Positions 37,498 through 50,180 of a DNA stretch of 64,000 nt are shown piece by piece. The DNA comes from Sphyrna mokarran (taxonomy: Eukaryota): NCBI GenBank assembly GCA_024679065.1, contig JAGIQG010000016.1:14942001-15006000 (forward strand), given 5' to 3'. The translations under genes and the position numbers were made by a program. Each line of letters begins with the position of its first letter. Position 1 is the stretch's first letter. The notes beneath the pieces are model-generated. The model saw nothing but the letters and a program-made list of their open reading frames with translations, ran no database searches and had not been told where the DNA came from.

Positions 37498-39945
37498 CGG
37501 GAGGAAATAAATCAGAAGACACAAAATGTATATTAGAAAGGCAATATTATAATAATCATGCTGGACTTTAATATGCAGGTGGACTGGGAAAATCAGATTG
37601 GTAGCGAATTCCATGAATAGGAATTTGTGAAAGTTTTTTTGGAACCACTTGTGAGAGTCTACTCCGGAACTGGCAATTCTGGATTTGTAATGAGACAGAC
37701 TTGATTAGGGAACTTAAAGTGAAGGAATCCTTAGAGGGAGCATTGACCACAGTATGATAGAATTTACTCTGCAGCTTGAGAGGAAAAAGCTGGGATCAGA
37801 TGTAATGGTATTACTATTAAATAAAGGCAACTACAAAGACAAGAGAGGAGATGGCCAGAATTACTTGGAAAGAGAACTAGCAGGGAGGACTGTGGAACAC
37901 CAATGGCAGGGGGAATATTCAGGAGGCACAACAGAAATTCATCCCAAGGAGCAGAAAACATGCTAGGGGGAGGATGAGGCCTCCAAGGCTCCAAGGTCCA
38001 TCTCCACGGACAGCATAAAATCAAAAGCATCCAAAGTGGCAAGGATTAGTGGGAAGCCAGAGGTTTTGGAAACCTTTAAAAGCAAGCAAAGGACAACTGA
38101 AAAAGCAATAAGCGGGGAGAAGATGAAATACGACTGCAAACTAGCTAGTAACATAAAAGAAGATTGGAAAAGCTTTTCTAATATGTAAAAGGTAAAAGAG
38201 AGACAAAAATAGACATTGCACTACTGGAAATTGAGGCTGGAGGATTAATATAGGAAACAAAGAAATGGCAGAGGAACTGAATAGTTAGTTTGCATCAGTC
38301 TTCATGGTGGACGATATTTGTGGGATACCAGAGCTCCAGGAGAATCAAGGGGCGCAAGTGAGTGTGGTGCCATCACAAAAGAGAAGGTTGTGGGGAAACT
38401 GAAAGGTCTGACCTGGATCCGATGGACTACATCACAGACTTCTAAAAAACATAGCTGACGAAATTATGGAGGCAAAGGTGGTGATCTTTCAGCAATCACT
38501 GGAGGTAGGGAGGATCCCAGAGGACTGGAACTTAGATAATGTAACGCTGCTGTTTAAGAAAGGAAGGAGGCAGCAGACAAGAAATTATAGGTCAGTTAGC
38601 CTGACTTCAGTCATTGGCAAGATTTTAGGATCCATGATTAAAGATGAGATCACAGAGTACTTAGAAGTGCATGATTAAATAAGACTGAGTCAACACTTCG
38701 TCAAGGGGAGGTCACGTCTGACAAATCTACTGGAGTTCTTTGAGGAAGTAACAAGGAAGTTAGATAAAGGAGAACCAGTGGATGTGATTTATTTAAATTT
38801 TCAAAAGGCCTTTGACAAGGTGTGCATAGGAGATTGTTAAATAAGTTAAGATCCTGGCATGGATAGAGTATTGAGGACTGGCAGAAGGCAGAGAGTGGGG
38901 ATAAAGGGGTCTTTTTCAGGATTGCAGCTGGTGAGTACGGCTGTGCCTCAGGGGTCGGTGCTGGGACCATAACTTTTCACAATATACATTAACAATTTGG
39001 AAGAAGGAATTGAAGGCACTGTTGCTAAGTTTGCTGATAATACAAAGATATATATAGAGGGACAGGTAGTATTAAGGAAGCAGGGGGACTGCAGAAGGAT
39101 TTTGACAGATTAGGGGAGTAGGCAAAGAAGTGGCAGATGGAATACAATGTGGAAAAGTGTGAGGTTATGCACTTTGGAAGAAGGAATGGAGGTATAGACT
39201 ACTTTCTAAATGGGGAAATGCTTAAGAAATCAGAAACACAAAAGGATTTGGGAGTCCCTTGATCAAGATTCTCTTAAAGTTAACGTGCAAGTTCAGTCGG
39301 CAGTTAGGAAGGCAAATGCAATGTTAGCATCCACATCGGGAGGGTTAATATACAAGAGCAGGGGTGTACTTCTGCAGCTGTATGAGGCTCTGGTTAGACC
39401 ACATTTGGAGTATTGTGAAGAGTTTTGGGCACTGTGTCTAAGGAAAGATGTACTGGCCTTGGAAAGGGTCCCGAGGAGGTTCACAAGAATGGTCCCCGAA
39501 ATGAAGAGCTTGTTGTATGAGGTAACGTTGAGGACTCTGGGTCTGTGCTCATTAGATTTTAAACGGATGACTGGGGGGGATTATTGAAACTTATAGGTTA
39601 CTGCAAGGCCTGGATAGAATGGATGTGGAGAAGATGTTTCCACTAGTAGGAAACACTAGAAGCAAACAGTACAACATCAGATTGAAGGAATGAAGCTTTA
39701 AAACAGAGATAAGGAGGAATTTCTTCAGCTAGAGAGTGGTGAATCTGTGGAACTCTTTGCTGCAAAAGGCTGTGGAAGCCAGGTAATTGAGTGTCGTTAA
39801 GACAAAGATAGATAGGTTCTTGATTAATAAGGGCACCAGGGATTATGAGAAAAGGCAGGGGAATATGGATGAGAAAACTGTCAGCCATGATTGAAAGGCA
39901 TAGCAGACTCAATGGGCCAAATGGCCTAATTCTGCTCCAATGTTT
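37498..39945 (+). mobile_element. CR1 LINE ORF2 remnant (endonuclease end, RT and tail), about 2.4 kb, frameshifted
   Basis: [60 protein letters not shown]. Confidence 0.95.
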
Positions 39946-40519
39946 TACAGTATCCACTACCTATGCTGCAACTGATACTGATTGAACTGAAACTGATACT
40001 GACTGTCCTGAAACTGGCACTGTTTGTGCAGGAACTGATATTGACTGTCCTGAAACTGACTGTCCTGAGACTGACACTGTCTGTGCTGAAACTGATACTG
40101 CACTGCACAGAAACTGATACTGCATATGCTGAGATTGGCATATATGAGAGGAGTTTTGTGGAAGGTACAACGGGGATATAGACAGCAATAAGTGTTTGGG
40201 CAGGTGGAGTATGGGAAAATGTCTCGACTTCAACAGGGAGAATATAAAGGTAGAATATTAAATAAGCAGAAAATGACTGCAGGACACAGAGGCATTGTAC
40301 GTAGAATACTGACAGTGTAGAAGGAGGCCATTTGGCCCATCAGGTCTACACCGACTCTCTGAAAGAGCATCTTAGCCAGTGACACATACTTCCATAAACA
40401 TGCATTTACCTCACTAGTCTACCTGAAGCAACACATCTTAGGACATGGAGAGGCAATTTACCATGGCCAATCCACCTAACGTATTCTTCTTTGGATTTTA
40501 AGGGATAATTTTACAAAGA

Positions 40520-41784
40520 ACAAAAAAGAGAAAACGTATTGAACAGGAACAGGTCATTCGGCCATCTGAGCCTGTGTAGATCATGATCCCCAAACAAAAC
40601 TAAAAAAAGCCTTCTCCCATTATTTGATTCATATCCCGTCTGTTCCGTCCCTATTCTTGTACTCATTCAGGTGCCTATTGAATGTTGCTAATGTGCTTGC
40701 TTCCACCATCTCCCCTGGCAGCGTGTTCTAAGCACCCACCAACCCCTGTGTGAAAAACTTCACCTACTCATTTATCTTAAATTTTCTCTCTTTCATCTTG
40801 AACCTATGCCCTCTTGTAATTGATACTTCCGCTCTAGGAAAAAGTCTCTGACTATCTATCCTGTCCATGCCTCTCATAATTTTGTAGACCTCTATCAGGC
40901 CTCCCCTTAGTGTCTGTCTTTCCAAGGAAAACAATCTTTATTCAACCTCTCCTTTTAGCCAACACCTTCAAGACCAGGCAACATCCTGGTGAACCTTCTT
41001 TGCACTCTCTCCAGAGTTTCCACATCTGCACACAATATTCCAAATACAGCCTAAACAAGGTTTTGTATAGGTGCAACATAATTTCCCAACGCTTGTACTC
41101 AAGCTCCAGCTGATGAAGGCAAGCATGCCATATGCTTTCATAATCATCTTGGTCACCTGTGTTGCCACTTTTAGGTATCTATGGCCCTGCACGCCCAGAT
41201 TCCTTTGTATGTTAATGTCCCTAAGGATTCTGCCGTGTACAACATAATTCACATCTCAACCAGGATCTTGGGTTCATGTCACATTATCTGTAACCCTCAC
41301 AACTTGCTTGGACTTGCAAAATCTCACTAACTTTCCTGTCTGGAAACAATACACATCTTTTTAACCTATGCTTAATGCTCTCTCTGCTCACATTGTCTGC
41401 ACCTTTAAGACTTGATTAGCTGTAAAGACTCACATTCCAATCATTACTCATGTAAGTTGAGTTTGTGTCTTTCTGTGATCTTCCAAAACGCATCATCTCA
41501 CATTTGGCTGGATTAAACACCATCTGCTTTTCTGTGCCCAAGTTTCCAATCTATCTGTGTCTTGTCATTTCCTCTGACAATCCCTCTGCATTGTCAGCAA
41601 CTCAATCAATTTTCATGTCATCCATAAAGTTATTAATCAGACCATCCACATTTTCCTCTAGATTGTTTGTATATAGTACAAACAGCAGAGCTCCCAGCAC
41701 TGATGCCTGCAGAACACCACTAGCTACAGATCTCCACTGTGAAAAACATTCTTCCATCACTACACATTGTCTTCTATAACCAAG
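40520..41784 (-). mobile_element. CR1 LINE (outer host), interrupted by a Penelope UTR piece at about 41256-41470 and continuing at 45513-45565
   Basis: KAYGMLAFIS, WRSVASGVLQASVLGALLFVLYTNNL; tail ggaacaggtcattcggcc. Confidence 0.88.
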
Positions 41785-43615
41785 ATGTGGAGATGCTGGT
41801 GTTGGATTGGGGTAAACGTACAAGTCTCACAATACCAGGTTAAAGTCCAACAAGTTTATTTGTAGCAAATGCCACTAGCTTTCAGAACTGGCTGTTCCTT
41901 TGTCAGGTGGGAATTCTGATCACAAACAGGGCATATAAAGACACAAACTCAATTTACATGAATAATGATTCACACGTGAGTCTTTACAGCTAATCAAGTC
42001 TTAAAGGTACAATGTGAGCAGAGAGAGCATTAAGCACAGGTTAAAAAGATGTGTACTGTTTCCAGGCAGGAAAGTGAGTGAGATTTTGCAAGTCCAGGCA
42101 AGTTGTGAGGGTTATAGTTAGTGTGATATGAACCCAAGATCCCGGCTGAGGCCATCTCATGTGTGCAGAACTTGGCTATTGGTCTTTGCTTAGCAACTCT
42201 GCGCTGTCGTGTGTCATGAAGGCATCTTGGAGAACACTCACCTGAAGATCAGAGGCCAAATGCCCGTGACTGCTGAAATGTTCCCCAACAGAAAGAGAAT
42301 AGTCTTGCCTGGTGATTGTCGAGCAGTGTTCATTCATCCATTGTCATAGCATCTGCCTGGTCTCCCCAGCATACAATGCCTCAGGACATCCATTCTTGCA
42401 GCGTATATGGTAGAAAATGTTGGCCAAGTTGCAAGAGTATGTAGCATGTACCTGTTGGATAGTGTTCTCACATGACATCCATATCAATGATCCGGCACAT
42501 CTTGCAGAGGCTGCTGTGGCAGGGTTGTGTGTGTTGTGATCACTGTTCTCCTGAAGGCTGGGTAGTTTGCTGTAGATAAATGGTCTGTTTGAGGTTGTGC
42601 AGTTATTTAAATGCAAGAAGTGGGTGTGTGGGGATGGCATTGGCAAAATGTTCATCATCATTAATGATATGTTGAAGGCTCTGGAGAAGATGTCATAGCC
42701 CCTCTGCTCCAGGGAAGTACTGGATGACAAAAGATACTTTGTCCACCTTGTCCCGTATTTGTTTCTGAGGAGATAGGTATGGATTTTAGCTGTCGCGCAT
42801 TGGAACTGTTGATCGATGAGTCGAGCGTCACATCCTGTGCTTATGAAGGCATCTTTCAGCATCTGGAGATGTCTGTTGCGATCCTCTCATCTGAGCAGAT
42901 CTGTTATATGGAGGACTTGTCTGTAGGGGATGATTTCTTTAACATATTTTGAATGGAAGCTGGAGAAGTGGAGCATTGAGAGGCTACTTATGGGCTTGGG
43001 TACAGTGAGGTGTTGAGGTGACCATCCTTAATGGAGATACATATATCCAAGAATGTCACAGATCCTGAAGAGTAGTCCATGGTGAGTCTGATGATGGAAT
43101 GGAACTTGTTGATGTCATCATATAGTTGCTTCAGTGATTGTTCACCATCAGTCCAAAGGAAGAAAATGTCAACGATATATCTAGTGTATAGCATTGGTTG
43201 AAAGTCCTGTGCGGTGAAGAAGTCTTGTTTGAATCTGTGCATGAAGACATTGGCACATTGAGGTGTGATGTGGTCCCCATGGCTGTTCCGTGTGTCTGGA
43301 TAAAGAACTGGTTGTTGAAGGTGAAGACATTGTGGCCCAGGATGAAGCGGATGAGTTGTAAAATTGCATCTGGAAATTGGCAGTTGTTGGCATTGAGTAC
43401 TGAGGTAGTTGCAGCAATACCATTGTCCTTGCGAATGCTGGTGTAAACTGCTGAGACATCCATTGTAACAAGGAGTGCTCCACGTGTGCTGAGTTTTTGT
43501 AGGAAGTCACGACAAAAGCTGGTCGTTCTTTGTACAATAGGTTTCAGGATGCTGTCGACATAGCTGGAGTGTTTCTCGCACAGGGTCCCATTGCCCAATA
43601 CGATGGGATAGCCAG
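41785..43615 (-). mobile_element. Penelope-like retroelement: RT, GIY-YIG and 3' pLTR, decayed
   Basis: LLVTMDVSAVYTSI, FTFNNQFFIQTHGTAMGT, RYIVDIFFLW, INKFH..IRLTM, YSCNLANIFYHIRC...YAGET. Confidence 0.93.
41872..41910 (-). ncRNA. Hammerhead motif in Penelope pLTR (core CUGACAA, probably CpG-decayed from CUGACGA)
   Basis: CCAC-CUGACAA-a-GGAAC.AGCCA.GUUCU-GAAA-GC-UA-GUGG. Confidence 0.68.
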
Positions 43616-43616
43616 T

Positions 43617-43790
43617 TGGCTAAGAGGAGAGGTTGAATAAACTAAAATTGTTTTCACTGGAAAGACGGATGCTGAGGGGAGACCTGATAGAGGTCTACAA
43701 AATTATGAGAGCATAGATAGAATATAGTTAGAGATTTTTTCCTAGAGTGGAAGCATCAAGTACAAGAGGGCACAGGTTCAAGGTGAGAGG
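43617..43790 (+). mobile_element. Short CR1 fragment at the Penelope inversion junction
   Basis: gaggagaggttgaataaact...ctgaggggagacctgatagaggtctacaaaattatg. Confidence 0.8.
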
Positions 43791-44093
43791 GGACTGCTAT
43801 GACAACGGATGAATGAACACCACTCAACAATCACCAGGCAAGACTGTTCTCTTCCTGTTGGGAAACATTTCAGCAATCACAAACATTCAACCTCTGATCT
43901 TCGGTTAAGCATTCTCAAGGCCGTCTTCACAACACACGACAGAGCAGAATTGCTGAGTAGGGACTGATGGCCAAGTTTCACACACATGAGGATGGCCTCA
44001 ACCAGGATCTTGGTTCATGTCACACTATCTGAATCCCCACAACGTGCCTGGAATTGCAAAATCTCAGTAATTTTCCTGTCTGGAAATAATACA

Positions 44094-45283
44094 TAAGAAC
44101 ATAAGAAATAGTAGCAGGAGTAGGCCATCTAGCCTTTGAGCCTGCCCCATCATTCAATAAGATCATGGTTGATCTGAAGTGGATCAGTTCCACTTTCCTG
44201 CCTGCTCCCTATAACCCTTAATTCCCTTGTCTATCAGAAATCTATCTACCCATGACTTAAATATATTCAATGAGGTAGCCTCCACAACTTCAATGGGCAG
44301 AGAATTCCAGAATTCACCACCCTTTGAGTGAAGAAGTTCCTCCTCAACTCTGTTCTAAACTGCCCCACTTTTATTTTGATGCTGTGCCCTCTAGTTCTGG
44401 TTTCCTTTCTAAGTGGAAATAATCTCTCTACCTCTATTCTATCTAGCTCCTTCATTATCTTGTAAGTCTCTACAAGATCCTCCCTCAGCCTTCTAAACTC
44501 CAACAAGTACATGCCCCCTCATCTCTGGTATCAGCCTGGTGAACCTTCTCTGTACTCCCTCCAAGACCAATATATTCTTTCGCAAATAAGGGGACCAAAA
44601 CTGCTCACAATACTCCAGCTGCGGCCTTACCAGTGCCCTGTACAGTTGCAGCAAAACCTCCCTGCTTTTATATTCTATCCCCCTCACGATAAAGGCCAAC
44701 ATTCCATTCGCCTTCTTGATCATCTGCTGCACCTGCAGACTGCGTTTTTGCGATTCGTGCACAAGGACCCCCAGCTCCCTCTGCACAGTAGCATGCTGCA
44801 ACTTTTCACCATTTAAATAATATTCCATCCTATTATTGTATCTTCCAAAGTGGATAACCTCACATTTGGTAACGTTATACTCCATCTGCCAAGTTCTCGC
44901 CCACTCACTCAGATCTCTCTGCAGACTTTCTGCGTCCTCCACGCAATTCACTTTTCCACTCATTTTTGTGTCATCAGCAAATTTTGTTACCCTACACTCA
45001 GCCCCCTCCTCCAGATCATCTATGTACATGGTAAACATTTGAAACTCCAGCACCAATCCCTGCGGCACTCCACTAGTCACCAAGCGCCAACCAGAAAAGC
45101 AGCTATTTATTCCAACTCTGTTTCCTATTAGATAGCCAATCCTCAATCCATGCTAACACTTTACTCCCAACTCCGTATACCCTAACATTCTGCAGCAACC
45201 TTTTGTAAGGCACCTTATCAAACGCCTTCTGGAAATCTAAAAACACCACATCCACCAGTTCCCCTCTGTCTACTGCACTACTC
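44094..45283 (-). mobile_element. CR1 LINE RT C-terminal half plus tail
   Basis: [46 protein letters not shown]; (ttatgttc)n-like tail. Confidence 0.95.
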
Positions 45284-45427
45284 ACATCTTTTTAATCTGT
45301 GCTTAATGTTCTCGCCACTCACATTGTCTGCACCTTTAAGACTTGATTAGCTATAAAGACTTACATTCCAATCATGTAAATTAAGTTTGTGTTTTTATAT
45401 GCCCTGTTTGTGATCAGAACTCCCAAC

Positions 45428-45464
45428 CAACTGACGAAGGAACAGCCACTTCCGAAAGCTAGTG
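45428..45464 (+). ncRNA. Hammerhead motif in Penelope pLTR, intact core
   Basis: CUGACGA-a-GGAA..UUCC-GAAA-GC-UA-GUG; stem I weakened (caa versus gug). Confidence 0.7.
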
Positions 45465-46437
45465 ACATTTGCTACAAATAAACCTGTTGGACTTTAACCT
45501 GGTGTTGTGAGACTTCTATAACCAAGCCAGTTCTGTATCCATCTAGCCAGCCCACCCCAAATCCCAGTTCTCTGGCACTGTGAGGCAGCATTGTTAACCA
45601 CTGTGCCACCGTGCTGCCCACAATGATTTACGAAAAAGCGAGTATGTGGACACAGCAGGCGACTAGGAAGGCGAGTGGAGATTTGGTCTTTATTGCAAAG
45701 GAGGACACAGTATGAAGGTAGGGAACAATGGAACATCAAATTCCAGGTTTGGGGGAGCCACCTCAGCCCTTTAAGATGGTTCTACCATTCACACCCCATG
45801 GTTGGAGTGTGCCATTGGCAGTTCCAGAAGATTTCACCAACTTGAAGTGCGGAAAGTTCTGGCCATGATATTGATATTGACAGATTGGTTAGCTGACAGG
45901 AAGCAGCAAATGGAGAAAAATGGGTGTTTCTTGAACTGACAGGCCATAGCTAGGGGAATGCAATAGGGAGGAGGTGCTGGACCTCAATTTCAGTCTACAT
46001 GAATGATCTGAAGGGAGCGAATATTTGATAACTAAATTTGCCAATTACATCAAGATAGATAGGAAGATAAATTATCCTGAGGATTCAGAGGATTTGCAAA
46101 GTGAAAATAGGCAAGTTAAATGGGTGGACAAAAATCTGACAGCTGTAGGTAACAAATGCGAGGTAACAAAATTGGAAAGGCAGATTACCTCTGAATGGCC
46201 AGAAACTAGGAGAGAGGAATGTGCAACGAGACTTGAGTAGCCTCAAAATGAAAGCAGAAAAAGAGAGAAAGAGAGAGAGAGAGAGAGGCAATAGACAGAG
46301 AGAGAAACAGAGAGCAAGAGCAACCCCAGAGTCGAGGCAGGGAGAGGGTGATCCAATGTCAAAGGAAGAGATTAATTATCCACCCTGGGAGTTTTGCTGA
46401 GGTGTTGAGGATGGGTCTGTGGATTGGATATGGCCTT

Positions 46438-46532
46438 GTTTCCTCAGCACTGTAACTCACAGCCACACTACTACCGTTGATAGACTATTTGCATCTTCTC
46501 TGCGTATTTGCATATTCAGCAGCTGACTCATG
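46438..46532. promoter_or_regulatory. Candidate enhancer: two octamers (ATTTGCAT 46487-46494 and 46506-46513), E-box CAGCTG, AP-1/MARE-like GCTGACTCAT, Ets TTCCTC, Runx-like AGCCACA
   Basis: Motifs read directly, in apparently non-repetitive sequence; function is inferred. Confidence 0.55.
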
Positions 46533-46959
46533 AGGGAACAACTAGAGGCACTAAGTGAGCACCCAGAGAGATACACACAGCTCACAACTCACTCTAATAC
46601 ACCCAAAAAAGAGTCAGGCTTGTAGCGGTAACATGCCCAGTTTCCTAATTACACTGCATTTCACATTTCATTTCTTAATGCAACAACAACATGGAAACTA
46701 GAAGTAGGAATAAGCCATTTGACCCTTCGAGCCTGTTTCACAGTGAAACACAGTGCACATACTTCATCCTAACAGAATTCTATTTATGCAGACCAAACTC
46801 AAATAGACAAGTTTTAAGTACAGCCTTAATCAAAAAAGGTGGATGAATGGCAGAGATGAAAGGAGGAAACCTGGACACCAGGCAGCTGAAGGCAAAGCCA
46901 CAGATGGTGAAAGATAGGAATCAGGAAATGCTTAAGAGGTTGGAATTGGAGGAATGCAG

Positions 46960-49100
46960 CATTCTCAGAGGGTAGTTGGAACTGGAGGAGGTTATAGAGA
47001 TAGGGACTGATGTCAAGACTGGAGGAGATTACAGAGATAGGGAGGGTTTTCAGGACAGGAGGAGATTACAGAGATAGAGAAGGTTGTCGGGCTGGAGAGG
47101 TTTATAGAGATAGGGAGTATTGTAGGGACTGGAGGAGGATAGAGATAGGCCATAAAGCACATAAGAACTAGGAGCAGAAGTAGGACATCTGGATCCCTGA
47201 GCCTGCTCCATCATTCAAAAAGATCACGGCTGATCTTTTCGTGGACTCAGTTCCACTTACCTGTCCGCTCCTCATAACCCTTAATTCCTTTACTGTTCAA
47301 AAACTGATGTATTCTTGCCTTAAAAACATTTAAATAGGTAGCCTCAACTGTTTCACTGTGCAGGGAATTCCACAGATTCACGACTCTTGGGTGAAGCAGT
47401 TCCTCATCAACTCAGTCCCAAATCTGCTCCCCCTTATTTTGAGACTATGCCCCTAGTTCTAGTTTCTTCTGCCAGTGGAAATAGCCTCCCTGCTTCTATC
47501 TTATCTATTCGCTTCATTATCTCATATGTTTCTCTAAGATCCCCTTCATCCTTCTGAATTCCGATGAGTATAGCCTCAGTGTACTCAGTTTCTTCTGGTA
47601 AACCAACCTTCTCAACTCCAGAATCAATCTAATGAATGTCCTCTACGTGCCCTCCAGTGCTATATTCTTTGTCAAATAAGGAGACCAAAACTGTACACAG
47701 TACTCCAGGTGTGGCAGCTGCATCATAATATCACTGTTTTTAAACTCCATCTCTCTAGTAATGAAAGGCTAAATTCCATTTACATTCTTAATTACCTGCT
47801 GCACCTGTAAACCAACTTTTTGGAATTCATGTACAAGGACACCCAGGATCCTCTCACAGCAGCATGCTGTAATTTTTTTACGATTTAAATAATAGTCCAT
47901 TTTGTTGTTATTCCTACCAACATTTACCAATATTGTACTCCATTTGCCAGACCCTCACCCACTCACTTAGACTATCTATATGCCTTCAGCGTTCTCTGCA
48001 TATTTTTCTGTACCATTCACCTTAGTGTCATCTGCAAACTTGGGGCACATGACATTTGGTCTCCAACTCTAAATCATCTATGTAAATTGTAAAAAAACGC
48101 AGTACCAACACTGATCCCTGAGCCTCATCACTAGTCACTGATCACCAACTAGAAAAAACACCCATTTACTCCCATTCTTTGGTTTCTGTTAGTTAACCAA
48201 TCCTCTACCCATTTTAATACAATATCTTATGCAGCAGCCTCTGATGCAGCACCTTTGTTGAATGTCTTCTGGAAACCCAGATACCATTAACTGGTAATCC
48301 ACCAGTTACCCGTTGTCATGCTCGTAATGTCCTCAAAGAATTCCACTAAATTAAGTAAACATGACCTTCCCTTCATGAATCCATGCTGCAACTACTGTCC
48401 CAACTGTCTTGCTACTTCTTCTTTGATGACAGATTCAAGCATTTTCCCCACTACGGAAGTTAAGCTAACCAGCCTTTAGTTTGTCTTTTCCCTTTTTAAC
48501 AGAGGCGTCACATTTGTTGTTTTTCAATCTGCCAGAAGTGCTTCAGAATCCACTGAATTTTGGTAAATTACCACTAGTGCATTTGCTACTTTCCCGCTAT
48601 CCCCTTTAGTATCCCGGGATTCATTCCATCAGGACCAGGAGACGTGTTTACCTTTAGTTCCATTAATTTGCCCAACACTACTTCTTTAGTGATAATGTTC
48701 GTTTCTAGGTTCTCACCTGCCATAGTTTTCTTGACATCAATTTTTGGCATGTTATTTGTGTCTTTCACTGTGAAGATTGATATAAAATATCTGTGCAATG
48801 TTTCAGCCATTTCCTTATTTCCCATCAGTCCCCTTTCTCATCATCTAAAAAATCCCCCTTCTCACCGCCTAAACGATCAATGTTTACCTTAGTCATTCCT
48901 TTTCATTTCATACATTTGCAGAAACATTCGCTGTCTGCTTTTTGGGGAGACTTATAGGAGTTGGAGAAGGTTACAGAGATAGGGAGGATGTTGGAACTGG
49001 TGAGGTGGTTATAAAGGTAGGGAGGGGTGCAGGGGCTGGATGAGTTTACAGAATTAGGGAGAATGGTGACACTGGAGGGGGTTATTGAGATAAGGAGGGA
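46960..49100. repeat. About 34-38-bp GA-rich repeat (ctggaggaggttacagagatagggaggg..), split by a CR1; a further block lies at 57585-57935
   Basis: Copies at 46960-47150 and 48945-49100. Confidence 0.8.
47151..48935 (-). mobile_element. CR1 LINE ORF2 remnant, about 1.8 kb
   Basis: NKEMAETLHRYFISIFT, SPGPDGMNPGILK; tail ataagaactaggagcagaagtagg. Confidence 0.9.
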
Positions 49101-49219
49101 TGAAAACAATGGAAGGATCGGAAAACAAGAATGAGAATGTCAAACTCAAGATGTGAGTTAATTGGGAGCTGGTGCAGGGCAGTGAGCACAGGAGTGATCG
49201 GGCAATGGGATAAGTGAGA

Positions 49220-49530
49220 GGTGTGGTGGTACAGTGGTTAGCGCTGCTACCTCACCGTGCCAGGGATCCGGGTTCAATTCAGGACTGGGGGACTGTCTTT
49301 GGGAGTTTGCATATTCTCCCATGTCTGTGGGTTTCCTCTGGGTGCTTCAGTTTCCTCCTACATTCCAAAGTTGTGTGGGTTAGCTTGATTGACCCTGCTA
49401 TATTCCCCTTAGTGTCAGCGTAAATATGTAGGGTAAGGGGGATAAGGCCTGGATGGAATTGTGGTTGGTGCAGACTCAATGGGCCAAATGGCCTTTTTCT
49501 GCAATGTAGGACTCTATGATTTTATAATTC
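49220..49530 (+). mobile_element. HE1-like V-SINE, near full length
   Basis: ggtacagtggttagcgctgctacctcac..gggttcaattc head, V-domain, gggccaaatggcc tail. Confidence 0.9.
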
Positions 49531-49563
49531 TAGCTATATTTAATTCCTTCTTGAAAACACATT

Positions 49564-49698
49564 GGCCAAAATTCTCCAGCTGTTCATGCCAGTAGATTCT
49601 CTGGTTCCACTGCAGTGATCACAGATTTAGCTGAGTGCCTAATTCTCTGTCCTCACTTGTGGAAGAGGTGCAGCGTGAACAGTCGGAGAACTCTGGCC
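49564..49698. mobile_element. About 135-bp MITE-like element with about 23-bp imperfect inverted ends
   Basis: ggccaaaattctccagctgttca ... tgaacagtcggagaactctggcc. Confidence 0.65.
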
Positions 49699-49744
49699 AC
49701 AATGTCTTGGCTCTGTGCTAGTGATGGGCTGATGACCCCAGATG

Positions 49745-50180
49745 GAGAAATTTCTCCTCATCTATCTTAAATAGCTTACCCCTTATTCTCAGACTCCAAC
49801 CCCTGGTTCTGGACTCCCCCACCATCGGAACATCCTTCCTGCATCTACCCTGTCTGGTCCTGTTAGAGGTTTATAGATTTCTATGAGATTGGTCTCATTC
49901 TTCTGAACTCCAGCGAATACAATTTTAACCGACTCAATGCCTTCTCATATATCAGTCCCGCCATCCCAGGAATCAGTCTGGTAAAACTTCTCTCCATTCC
50001 CTCTAGATCAAGAACTTTCTTTGTCAGATAAGGAGCCCAGAACCGCATACAATATCCATTAAGGCCCTATATAACTGCATAAGACATCCCTGTTCGAATC
50101 CTCTCACTATGAAGGCCAACATACCATTTGCCTATTTCACTGCATGCGCATGAAGATACCCTGGTCTTGCTGCACATTAC
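49745..50180 (-). mobile_element. CR1 fragment
   Basis: Reverse-strand CR1 ORF2 C-terminal motifs (e.g. aaggccaacataccatttgcc). Confidence 0.75.

Larger units (their letters stand above)
43793..45512 (+). mobile_element. Inverted Penelope pLTR (GIY-YIG end plus UTR), split by a CR1 at 44094-45283
   Basis: Reverse-complement match to 41822-42350; UTR resumes at acatctttttaatctgtgc (about 45284). Confidence 0.88.
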
